Below, piece after piece: positions 38,956-52,200 of a stretch of 64,000 nucleotides of DNA; the first letter of the stretch is position 1, and every line of letters starts with the position of its first letter. A model generated the notes under the pieces. The model did no database searches and had not been told where the DNA came from. It saw only the letters and a program-made list of their open reading frames with translations. Position numbers and translations under genes: made by a program. The DNA is from Tubulanus polymorphus (lineage: Eukaryota > Animalia > Nemertea): positions 18,855,653-18,919,652 of the forward strand of contig NC_134028.1 of assembly GCF_964204645.1 (NCBI RefSeq), read 5' to 3'.

Positions 38956-41900
38956 GGTCTTTCGGTGGTTCGAGATAAAATGCCCGCAAAATAAGAACCT
39001 AACGAACCAGGGCTGACCACAAATTGCCCAACAGATAAATTTTCGAAACGACACAATCCAATCATGTTTGGTAACAAATGTGGCGTGGACCATGGTCTTT
39101 TAACTGACCAATGCATGACCAGTACTGACCATATAGTAAATTATTTGTTTGCAAACAATTAAGTTGTTTGGTGTCAAATAACTAGATATGATGTGGGCAT
39201 TAATCTAAAAATTGTTTAACTGACCAATGCTTGACCAGTACTGACCAGTTACCAGTGCTAACCAGAACCCCCATAAGTAATTTATATGTTTAGTGAATCC
39301 TTCGTTGGTACTACTAGCTCTTACATTTAAATGTGTCGCTTGAAAAAGTCTTGTCCGATTTTTGTTGTATGTAGCGAGCTAACTTTGAAATGCCGCTAAA
39401 ATGCATACGATTTTTACGTAGGGTTTTGAACGAACAACGTTTCCATTTGTAATTGTAACGTGCGCATTTGAGCCTGTAACGTGCACATTTCACTCGCGTG
39501 AACGTGCGTATCGGTACCAACATGCGAGACTTGTCAAACTTTTACGATCAAGACTTTTAAACTGAACAAAAAAGATATCATATCATATTATATATAGGCC
39601 TACATGAATAGATGGAATGATAATGTAGTAGTTTTAAATGTTTCGTAGCTGCTGTCCACTGACCACAGATCAAAGCTAATTGCCTGATATGAAATATATT
39701 TTTGTTATAGAGATGTAGTAGATCAGTGAGAATTCAAACTTATGGTTAATTTTGAGTGATCACAACGCTAACCAATAGAGAAAGCTGTAAGGCCTAAGAA
39801 AAGATGCATTAAGTATAACATATCTTTCAATATAATGATGAAGTATTCAACTGGCCATCACAACAATAGTTTGACTTATCTTATTGAAAAAACCGGAGTG
39901 TTAATGGGAAAACCTTGAATTCGAAACAATTCCACACTCAATCGTTTACTTTGAAAACACAATTTGCATTTTGTGGACATGTATTTTTTTCTGTACCAAA
40001 AGCATGAAGTATATTATCTTTGCTTGTAAAAATTTGAAATTTTGGGGAAGATTTTTGGCCTCGTTAACCTGTGAACACGTCCTTCGTATATTCTCTAAGA
40101 CCGACCCTTGAAATAATGCTGAGAGTTCCGAGGATAATTTTGGTAGGATGTAAACTTAGGCTGCTTCGTATCCGTGGAGGGTTGCTAATACACAATAATC
40201 ATAAGTACCATGAGATTCGATAGAATATCGTTTTTCAATCATACGTACACGAATTATCGCGATATAAAGATAAATAATATGTTCATATACTTTTTACGTC
40301 TTATACTGTATATTTCTTTAGTAGTATAAATAAAGAGTGGATCAGCAGGCCACCTGAGACCATTCCACGATCTAAGGTCAGTTGCCAAAAGTTAGTAAGT
40401 TTACCAGTGCGACAAACAGCTAGTGCAAATAGCTAGAAAAGGTAACAATAGTGCATTGGCAAACTTAGAGCAAGCGTACATTGGTTGTTTAGGTTTTTCG
40501 AAGGGGAGAATTTGTGGGAAAATTAATCATTACTGAGATATATCCGTGGCGAGCTTTTCCAGGGATTTAAAAAGTTGAGCTGTACACACGGAATTTTGTG
40601 TAGTCCAATATCCGTGATTACCTCTGGCGTGGAGAGATACAATCTAAAACCAACCCTAGAGTCAAATATTTTACCACAATTTTTTATGATCAATAAAAAG
40701 ATTGAGTAATAGACATTCAAACAGTATTATCTAAATTCCACTCCATTTTAAACTCATTCATCTCTTCGCAAACTCCAACTTGTTGAACAGTCCACATTAA
40801 AATTAGGGACCACTATTCTTGCTCATCTACACTGGCTACCAATCTAACAAAGGATTAAATTTGAGTGTTTGATGTTATAACAATATCAGACTGAAGTATG
40901 GATTCGGTTTCTACTTTTTAATTGAATATTTATATCACATATTGGGCATCATTTTTACCAGTATATATTGAATAACCTATCCATATATCATCTTCAATTT
41001 TATAAAATCTGACTTTTGAGATGTCATTCAATCAATGCATTCACATGCGGTCGTCGCTTTCAATAGCCACCACGGACTGGCTCCTTATTATTTCTTTGGT
41101 GATACCATTGGCGGACGATCCCACACGTTTCTTGCTCCAGCCCTAGAATGCTCAATATTCGTCATGAACCCCGATTTGAGTTTAAATTCAAAATACTCCT
41201 AAAACACACCTGTTAACTAGATTACTCTAAAACACCTTTATGTGCAAGAATCAGTGAAATTGGCGCTTTATCAGTTGTATTCATCATTCGTACCCACGAA
41301 TCTCGTATCGTATCCTATTAATGTGGAGACCCATCCTCGTAAAGAGAATGAATAGGCTCTGTTGCGTTCATATCATTTGATATGAGGCTACGTGTCATCT
41401 TCAATTGAAATCACGTTGTTTTTTTAAAGGGTGGGCGAGAATATATTCTTATGTTTTTGTTTCTCTGAATGTTGCTATTTAAGAGTTCAATAATTTCAGT
41501 CTACCTAACAAAGGATTTTCCGTATGTTTCGTGACATGTTTTTCCCTAACCCTAGGAGAGCATTTTAGGTATTTTTTTGCGGATGACCGAAAGCTGCTGT
41601 CCCTTTCTAGTAATTTGATGATATCCGTCGAAATCTAAATTCTAAAAAGGAATCAGGCATATCTTCTTTATTGACTAAATATGAACTCAACAACAAGTGA
41701 CACTCCCTTCAAAGGCGCCGAAGTAAAATCATGTGTCGAGTGGAGATGATATTGTGTCAGAATTTCTTCAAAATCGGAGAAAATTGAATATTTTAAAAAT
41801 AATCATTTTACATGTATGTTTAAATCCGTTATAACTGGAGTCTTTTTCATGAAAAAATATCTATGGAATCAGCGAAATGTAATTATGAGGAATACTATGT

Positions 41901-43758
41901 TTAAAAAGTTATCAAAGACATTTGAAAAAAGTTTTCTGAATTCGTCAACTGTTAAACTAGTAACAACCAGATGTGTTCCCATTAAACCACCGACCGCGAG
42001 CCGAGTCGATGTGAGATGTGCCCTACACTGAAAATCTCAAGTGCTATACAACCGGCTTTTTAGGTGCCTCTGACTGTCGGCCGTTAAAAAACTGAACAAT
42101 TCCCATTTGGAAAGGGCCTACGTAGTTAGAGAAAATTCAAGATGTGTATATCGTGTGAGATACAGGCTCCATATTTCATGTGCGTTTGGAATTTAACCTT
42201 GTTTATAACGAAACACGCATGTATTTATGCTATTTTAGATTTAAAAAGAGCGCACGAAAGTGTTTCATGAGACCCGCAAATAACGTCAAGTTATTTATGC
42301 ATTTTTGATTTATATGAATAAATTTCGCTTCGAAATCTTAAAATTTTGTCAGGTGGATTATTCAATAAATTCACAACAGTCCATTATGGATTAGTTTGAC
42401 GCCAATCGTTCTTTTAAAGATCTTTCTTTCTCGAAGAAAGATTTTCTTAAAAACTTTGATTATGGCGAATCTTTTATGTGTCCGATAGTTAAACCTTCGG
42501 GTATTATACTAGAACACAAATTTTTAAAGATATTCATAACATACTGAAGGATATCACAGGTTATACCCGAACATATGCAGTTGGATAGATCTTTTTGTTT
42601 CGACTCGCATGCGACAGTAAAAACGGTACTTGATATAATAAGTGAACTTCATCATTGATATTTTCACAACTGACAATGAAAAAGGGTTACAGCTGTGACT
42701 GATATCGCTCCAAATTTAAATTCCTATGAACACTTTTAATATAAAGACAACTATTAACGAAACAGTTTTTAGAGGCAAAGAATCCGCGTTACCATCGAAT
42801 TTTCAAAACTTGAAGGAATGGTTAATGCCTCGGTGACCACTGGTCTAGTACGCGGTTTTCTGAAATGAAAGTGGCCAAGTCTAACGAACAACTATTGTAT
42901 CACATGATTTCAAATATTAGGAACCCAATGCGTTTAATGATTTAATTAATTGGTATCGCGCAGATTGGTTGAAAGACGGGTGTTAGTCACCTTGTGATTT
43001 AATTGTTTTTCATGCATCGATTAATTAATCTTATTATAACTTATTTGTAGGCGCATCCCGCAAACATTTTCTATTCGTTGAGTTTTCAAACGCAGTACTG
43101 TTCAGATGATTCGAGTCAAGTAGTAAAAAAGTTTATGTATTAGCATTACTATGCAGTGAAAATAACGCACTGCGGCAAGTGAGGTGCTGTGATCCAGATG
43201 TGTAACCCATTTATGGGTAATAAATTTCCATCATGTCAACGCCATTCAAAAACAGTAGCAAAACTTTCTGCTGGTTTCTAGAAATAGCAATACGACGACA
43301 AGCACTTTCGAATTCGACCACGATATTTGAGAAGTTTCGCTGGTGGTCAGTGATGGTCAATTTATGAATTTTAATGGCGAATCCTTTCTAGTTTCACACC
43401 AAAAGCGGTACCGGTATATCGTTCTTTCAAGAAGTTTCAATTGGTCAGTGGTGGTCAGTGATGGTCAATTTATGAATTTTCAATGGCGAATCCTTTCTAG
43501 TTTGACACCATAACGCGGTATATCGTTTTCATATTCGAGAAGTTTGAATTGGTCATTGGTGGTCAGTGATGGTCAGTGATGAATTTGCAATGATGATTCC
43601 TTAGAGGTTTGAAAACAAACATTACATGATAAATTTCCGAAATTCGAATTCAAGTGGTCAGACTCGGGGATATCTCAATTGGTCAGTTACTGACCATCAT
43701 GGTGTCACCATTGTGGTCTATAGCTCAAATGAAACATGTGGAACCGACGAAAGGGCCC
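38956..43758. mobile_element. Putative decayed DNA transposon of about 4.8 kb
   Basis: Arrays of (C)TGACCA at 39010-39260 and of inverted TGGTCAG at 43340-43700 (including tandem units of about 110 bp). Imperfect termini GGTCTTTCGGTGGTTC / GAACCGACGAAAGGGCCC. No intact ORF. Confidence 0.4.
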
Positions 43759-46268
43759 AAAAGCGTTAAGTCATTTCCTGGAGTGACGTGATCCAAAAAT
43801 GCCCTAACTGGAAAAGGCAGTCTCTCAATTGGATGAAACCAAATCGGACAGGACAATTAAAATTTGGGAAAGCCACAGGCAGTGGTCTTTCTACGAAGCC
43901 CACGCGGTGAGCGTATTATTATGAAATCTTTTTTTAAACCACCATGTACCACGAAGTAATAAGCATCGTTGTAAGCACTTGAAACAGCCATTAACCACTT
44001 GAAACTGTCAGATCAAACATCATACCGCATCCCCGCAAAGAGGGGTGGTTCAGCAAACCGGAGTTTTCATTAGCCTCTCTAGACTACCCCGCCAGTACGG
44101 GTAGCCGAGCAAACCGGAAAACTCATAATGTTAAGGTGCCTCCGAATAAAATACTGTTCCGCCTATCTTCAAAACAACTTTCGATTCCCAGACTGGCGGA
44201 GCACCGGGGCACGTGCTCCCCCTAAAAATGCCAGTGAAAAAATTTGGAGCAACCTATTGACACCATGTGCCTTCAAATATTTTTCTTTTGAAAAACAAGA
44301 GTTCTTATCATGTAGAGTAGTAGATGTTGCGTATTAGAAATCATTTATGCACTCCTATGATTACTCATTACTTCTATGGTGCAAATGTAAATATGTTGTT
44401 CTAAAAAAAGATTTTATACTATAATTACTCTCCAATTGATCGCTTTTGTTTTTTGCCTGAGAGTGGATGGTCGTGTATTGAGGATTATAATATCAACATG
44501 CCTCTGAAATGCATCTAGTGGGCCTAATCAAATTAATTATCTATTGTCATTTTGTCTGGTATTTATTTATTGATGTAAATTATTCAGGAAATAAATAAAT
44601 AAATAATTTTTCAAAAAATTTTGAGACCATCGGCGGCCACGCCCCTGAGTCCGCGTAGGCCTATAGCGTAGTGAATCTGTAGGTTAAAATCGCCGCGGGT
44701 CGGTTAGGCTAGGTTTAGGATCAGTCGGACAGAGAGGCTCCTTTAGTGCGAAAAAGATATGGATGAGGCAGTTTCGGCTTATTGACTGGGTGGACTTGGG
44801 TGTTGCGTGTAGTCCGATGTTTTCGAATCCCTATCTGAATTGGCTCTCGCTCTACTTTTTTTTTTAATCTTAAAATAGGGATTGACCCTGCCAGTGTTAT
44901 TTATCTTCATTGGTAAATTTCGTTTGAATATTTTTGATTGAGTGTCCCCTAAAAACCCACCACACCTGCCGGGAGTGAAACGGGGTTTGATTATGAAATC
45001 AGAAATCGAAGCACATGTGTTCGTCGCTCGAATTTACAGAATTTTTTGTTTAAATCGAAGTGCATCATTGAGAAATTCGGTTCCGGTTCATTAAAACAAT
45101 CTTCCAACCAGATTATCCAGATGAGAGTATGGTCCCGCTCGCGTATTAAAACTGCTGCCCTGCAATAATCATTTATGTCTCGCTCTTTATAACTGCTGTA
45201 TTATCAAAATATGTTTGAAAAGTATCTTATGCGTATTTAACATAGATCATTTGTCCCGCTTCGACCTGTCAAACCCCAATAGGCTTACCCAGTAGTCACG
45301 GTGTCGTCGTCACTCATTTAGCATTTTCTGAAATACTTTCTTTGACAAATTTGGTGAAAGTCCAGGATTATGCTTATGATTGATAAGATGTAAGAATAAA
45401 TCTTTCATTTTATACGTAACTGGATTGTGCTGAAGGGAGTCTGGTGGTCAGAAGCCTAGAGGCCATATGGTTGTCATTCTGGGTCTGATGAGGAGCTTCA
45501 GGAGGAGGAAGTACTCGACGATACTTCCTTGGGAGGTTCTTGAGCCAAACAGGCTTCCTGTTCCCCAGTCCCCAAACCAAACGAAAAGTTGAGTCTAAAA
45601 TATGTTCTACAAATAATTTAATAACATTGGGAATTTTTGTTTTATTAATGGATATTAGTTTTATGTATAGATAATTAGTTAACATGTTGGTCGAACATCC
45701 CAGTTTTTCGCCGCGAAAAGCCGCCGTCTGTACGTACCCGCGCACGCTTGCGCGTTTGCTGAATGACAAAACATTAAATCTAAATCATGGACCATCTAAA
45801 CTTCCTTTTAAAGTCCGTGTCTAAATACTGGTCATGCTTAGTATTTAGATAATACGTATAATCAATTACCTTACACCTCATTGCCACTTAGTCCTACGGG
45901 TCAGACGGAACACTGTCGACTGGTGAAAAGGAATCAGTAATCAAGCGGAATGATGAAGACATTGGTGCAAAGGTTGTGTTTAGGGTATCGATGTGGGTTG
46001 CACCCCTCTAAATTTCCTCCGGCGTGTATGTTCAGGACTGAACACACACAAAAACAACATATTCTTTCGACAGACTTCTCGTAAAATAAACAGTTTCCAA
46101 CCCCTATATTATGTGTGGCTGAGTTCGTGGAACCGGTTCGAAAAATAATGTGTATTGGAAAGGGGTCAATTACTGGTGTGTATCGCGCACTATAGTTAGT
46201 GTATGTTATATATGACGCATTTGTCAGCCGTAAACTGTCTCCGTGCTGTACACTAGACCAATTCAAAA

Positions 46269-49200
46269 ATGTATCTCACAGCAGTTCTGATTGCAATAAC
46301 AACATGGGTTTTCGTAATATTTTACAGGTAGGTGATGGCAGTTCAGTATATTATTCTCCTGAAAAAGTTGTTGAGATGTTCTTGGAATTCATTGGATAAT
46401 CTGCACATATAACATATTGATATAAAAGATTGACTACGAATGTCTACATGCATATTGTCCAATTTTCTAAAAGGAAAAGAAGAAAATACATATCGTTGTT
46501 CAAAGAGCTCGGGATTCCCGGCCCGACTCCAAGCTTTATCCTAGGAAACGCCAGTCAGCTGCAACCACTGGTAAATACAATGATCGGTCCACTTAAGTTC
46601 TCCTTCCTTTCTAACATTTTCATCCGTGATAACAGATTTTCATGTTTGTTTAAGGGACCAGCAAACACATTACAGATGTGGACACAGAAGTATGGGGAAT
46701 TTTATGGGTAAGATTGTAAAATGTCATATATATATATGGTGTGATAACTTTTATTGATAAGATTAGATTTTAAAAATACATGTACATTAAATTAATATTA
46801 TAGCTATTATGAAGGCGTTACAACTCCCGTACTCGTAACTACTGATTTGGATTTTTTACAACATGTATTCGTGAAGGACTTCAGCATATTTGCTGCGCGT
46901 AAGGTGAGTGATACCAGGCGCGATTCTATGGGTGAAAGGGGGATTCCAAATGGAAACATTTGCACGCGAGCGCAGTTCGGTCGCAAAGACATTGCCAGAA
47001 AATCGGTCTTGAATACATGCACTGGATTATGATACTCCCAGCTTTTGTGTCGTTTCTATTGCACTGGGAAGAGCCTTGACCCCCGTATGCGTGTTTGGAT
47101 GTCAACAATTTACTGGATCAGCTTTCTACACTTGTATTAACGTACTATATGTATATCTTTTCCATTAAATTTCAGAGCTTCCCTCTAAATGATGAAACAT
47201 CAGAGGAAAACGTTAATATGTTTGTTGCCGAGGGTTATCGCTGGAAACGTCTGAGAAGTATAGTATCACCAGTGTTTACCACTTCCAAACTCAAGTCGGT
47301 AAAGCTTAGTCGATATTCAGCTTTATAAAATAGATTGAATATACATTCGGGATTGTAAAAGTGTGACTGGTCCATTGATCTGTTTTCAGATGACACCGTT
47401 GATGACTGGTTGTGTTAGTACAATGATGGAGAGAATGGACGCAAAACACAGAGAAGATAAACCGTTTAATATCTTGGAGTAAGTTCATCTATCTTCTTTC
47501 TCCGGACCCATTCCATTATGAGACTAGCTAGATTATACATAATCTAAAACGTTCATGTATCTCACGTAGATCTTTAATATATTTCTAGAGTGTTTCAGGG
47601 TTTAACAATGGAAGTGATATCATCGACTGCATTCGGTATTGAAGTATCCCAACGTAACCACGACGAGCCATTCTTGGTGGCGTGCCGAAGAATGTTCCGA
47701 AACATGGAATATAAGAATATGCCATTCATATTCAAGGCGTTGATTTTGACAGCAGGTCATTGTTTATTGCGTATTGACAGCACAGCTAATGCTGCGACAC
47801 CATACCTGCGATTATCTGTGAAATGCTCATAAATCGCTTAGTCCTGAAAGCGTTTCGATCCGAAATAAAAGCCCAATAAAGAATAACATTAGTACTATAT
47901 GATGGCAATGTGACGACGGCGCTGACTCACTAAGAAAACACTAATCATTGAAAGAAACGATTTTTTAGGCTTAGCAAAATCATAGAATGAATAATTTAAC
48001 AGTAGAAATTAGTGAATTAAATTGGCAACATTCATGACAGATGTATATAATAGATTTTTGATTTTTTGTTTGTAGCTGCATTCCCGGAAATATGTTGCTG
48101 TTTACGCTGGATATTCTTGTCGTCTTTTTCGCCGTTGCGTCGATTGGTGATTAAAGACGATACTTATCTTAGAGATCAATTTCTTGCACTTATCGCAGAT
48201 CGCAAAGAAAATCCGGTAAAGAACTAATTCTTGTTATACTTCATAGGCATTTTTTGAATACACGATTAATGCTACTAAAAGATAATTGCCGAAGTTGGAA
48301 TTGCCCTTTCCTAGAAATATTAGACGTGCCAAAAAGAGTACCACCAATGTGAGAAAATTCAACACAAATAATAAATGACGACTTTCTCTTTTCAAAAATT
48401 GCTTTGAATTTGCTTTTCCTCAAAACGTGACTTCGTAATTGGGTACCTACACCGCTACCGTGCCAATCAAGGATTCCACGTAAAGCAGGCGAGGATCCAC
48501 CAGGTGTCGCAATTAGTTAGTCGGTCTTTAGCGATCGTTTTGTTCTACATTTCAATTGAAACTGAATGAACTTTTCTCCTAAAAGCAGAAATTATCAATG
48601 GAAACTATACTGATATCTGAATAGAAGAATCAATTTGTTGTATATTTGGCAGGTGCAGTGATAATATATAGATTCGTGAGTCTAAAAATCAAGTTCAAAG
48701 TTCATTCAAAATGAACTAATTTTGACAACCGAAGACCTACGTCACGCCTTTTGGTGGGATAGCTGGTGTTGCGGGTTCCCCATTATCATGCTGACGATCT
48801 TAACTTACGTGGTAATATGTTATTCTAGATCAATAGGCCGGATTTCATACAAATGATGTTAACAGCCGAAACCGAATCCATAGATCTTACAAAGGAGGGT
48901 GAACTATACTCAGAGGGAGTTTCCACTGACGAAATGAAAACTAACTCATATATCATGGGCGTTGGATCTAGCAGCGAAACGTTCACTAAACACCTTACCT
49001 TGAACGTACGTGTGTTCATCCTTTCGATGTAATATCAGAGAAAAAAATTAGAAATTCGGCAAATGGAATTGTAGCAAATGATGTACATTGCAGGAAATGG
49101 AAGCCAATAGTCGGCTATTCCTCATAGCGGGCTTCGAAACTACAAGCAACGCACTAGGTTACGCGGCATATGAATTAGCATTCAGACCTGATATCCAAGA

Positions 49201-52200
49201 AAAAATGCAGGAAGAGATGGACGAGGTCCTTGGTGCAGAGGTAACAACATGATGCTTAGGGTTCTCTGTTCATTCGACAGAAAACCCTATTGTCATTCCT
49301 TTGACTTCTCACATCAAAGTTTTCTTTTTCACTTCCACACGTGTGCCGAAAGTGGTCGTTACCTATTTTTGAAGACTGTTTTTGAAATTTTCTAACGTGA
49401 TCAGACATAAAAGAAGTACCGGTAGCGATACTGCATGAGAATTTTTACAAATTGTAAAATCGCTGTGTGTTGTTAAACAACGCAAACTAGCTTCTAATGA
49501 ATCGGCTGCCATTTCTTTGTTCGGCGTCTCTCGCAAATCTATATCCTCGCTTGTATGGGCGACGATCCCCGCCCAAAAAGATGATGTTTTGTTTCGCGTA
49601 GCGTAAAAGAAAATTCCACGCCGCGTAGACATTTTCGTGCTGCGAAGACATTTTCGCGCCGCGAAGTCATGCGCTGAAATGTCAATAGATGGCGCCACGT
49701 ACGTATGAATTATGTCATGCAGGGCCAAATTCGGTTTTCGTATCTAGCCAACTAGTGGTCGGAACTAATAACCGAATGCGCTTGATTTTCGTACTATTTC
49801 TGGAATATAGTTCCGACTAACGGACATTCGGTTTCGTTTCGATCGACTATAGTCGACTAACTCAGATAATCGAAGGTGGCCCCGGAAATAATTCTTTCAG
49901 CGTTATCATTTTAGCTGTTTCGAGGTTTCGAATAGCAGTTCGCGCGATCTTCTTGAAATGACGGATATTTGGGAAACCCGGAAATAGTTCGCCTTTTAAC
50001 TGGGAAAGCCCGTTGTTTTCTATCGGCCACAGCAGATCTCCTCGACAGCGCATGCGCGGAAGAAGTATCGGTTGGTTTCCGTTCAACAAACATATTCCAA
50101 TTATTTCCAAAGTATTTCTGTGCAAACTCATTTATTTCCTTTTGAATGCTTCTTATGTTTTGGAAATTATTTCCGGGTTTCCCAGGATGACGTCATTTAC
50201 ATCTACGTGCCGCCATCTTCTGACATTTCAGTGCATGACTTCGCGGCGCAGAAATGTCTCCGTGGCGCGGAAACATCTTTGCGGCGCGGATTTGTCTGCT
50301 TTATCGCGGCTTTAATACTGCGTAACTAAACACAGTCTTTTTGGCGGGGATCGTCGCCCATACGCATGGCAGGGTGTGATTGCCTCCCGCTGAAGCCATC
50401 CTCGCTTGTTAGGGTTTCATCATTCAGCCGCAGCTCACGCCAATACAAATCCTCGCTGTAAGGTACCCTTCATTAGTCTATTACATGCACCGCACCCAAC
50501 ACCCCCCCCATCCCCCTGAAAAAAGTAAGCGGATCCGGTGCAACAGTCCTCTAACTTCTAACAAGGTCTTTAGAAGATGAAAGAAAGATTGATCATCATT
50601 TCAGGGAACTCTCGATTACACATCTTTGCAGAAACTAAGATACTTAGATATGGTGTTTAACGAAATATTGAGACTCCACCCAATAGCTCCTTCGTAAGTA
50701 CAAAATGTTACTATAGCACGTATACTTTCCAAAACAGTAATACAAAGGAATTCATGATTTAATCACTTAACTTAATAATTCATTCAGTATTAGTCGTCTT
50801 GATATTTGCAGCGACTTATGCAATATTTTTCTTTAAGATTTCTAATTTCACTGGACAGTCTCTCCGTATATTGCACTTGACCTAATCATTTTCGGACAGG
50901 TTGAATTCCGGAGGATTTCTTCCCGGAATCACCCGGAAACTTCAATTTGCTCCCGCCCTCCGAAAAACTGTCAGAAGTAAAGATTATTCGGAATTTTCAA
51001 TACACTTCGATGTATTTGTCTCGATACATGATATTGATATGTGTCATGAATCTACCCTAGACACATCTGTGGCTCAGAAATGAACTTCAAATTGGTATAC
51101 CATGGATCGGATTTAAAGGGCGCATGCCCCTTCTTCGCTCGAGGGATTAAATCATAACGTTGATCAAAATTCCTTTATGAAAAATGAAGTCAAATGCAGG
51201 AAATACAATCTAGAGCATACATTTTTCAAAATGTCCTGGATTCGGCGAGGCTGCTATATGCCACTTTAAACGGATTCCTGCCCCACCTTACAAATTCTCT
51301 GGATCGAGGAGTCACTGGGGAATATCGAAATCATCAGATTGTCGAACATCTTGTTACCACTTCCGAAGTGGGCATGGTGTCCCTGGACCCCAAAAATTAA
51401 ATCAGTCTCACACTTGTTCTACACGTGAACTATATATCTTCGCCTTCAGATATATCTTATTCATTTGTATTTGAATTTGCATTTAACGTTTTTTTGTAGC
51501 GTGATAACTAGACGATGCCTGAAGGACACATTGATAACCGGGAAATTAGTGAAGAAAGGAATGGTCGTTGCAGCTGATGTCCTTACGATTCACAACGACC
51601 CTAATATTTGGGGACCAGATCCTGATAAATTTGACCCAGAAAGGTAATTTGTAAATACGTTGCCTTAATATGAATTATGAAAATAATGTAACCCTTAAAA
51701 ACTAAAAGCAAAGGCGTTGCAGATGTCTGCAAGGAGAAATCAATGTCGCACGATATTCAAAATAATTGTGTACGTACATCGTTAACGCAGTTATTTTGGG
51801 AAGTTTTGCAGGTACTTTCGTGGATTTCTTGATATTTAACATGCACATCTACCTTAGACACATCTACAGGTTGTGGTTTGCCATTTTTCATTGAAATTTA
51901 CGATGGAAATACTTTTGGGAAGGGATCTGTAACATATTAATCGGATGGGTTTTTAACCAGTCCACCGACGGTTAGACATTGATTTATGCAGAATTTGTTT
52001 ACTTCCTATGTAGCCTATTTACTCCGCTTAATTCGTAACTTTGGGGACCGGTGACTTTTATACGGATTAAGGGGAAATGCGAGTAAGGTGATTTGTGGCC
52101 ATACAACGCGTATCTTGGTGCGTTACAATCCCTGTATATGACTTTAAAAATACTCAGTTGTTGTTGACATGCGTTATGCATGTATTGTACTGTATTAAAC

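Noticed and set aside
45410-45600. GC-richer coding-like patch (SGSDEELQEEEVLDD) and ORF 45410-45769
   Set aside because: Stops in the plausible frame, no splice context and no recognisable domain.
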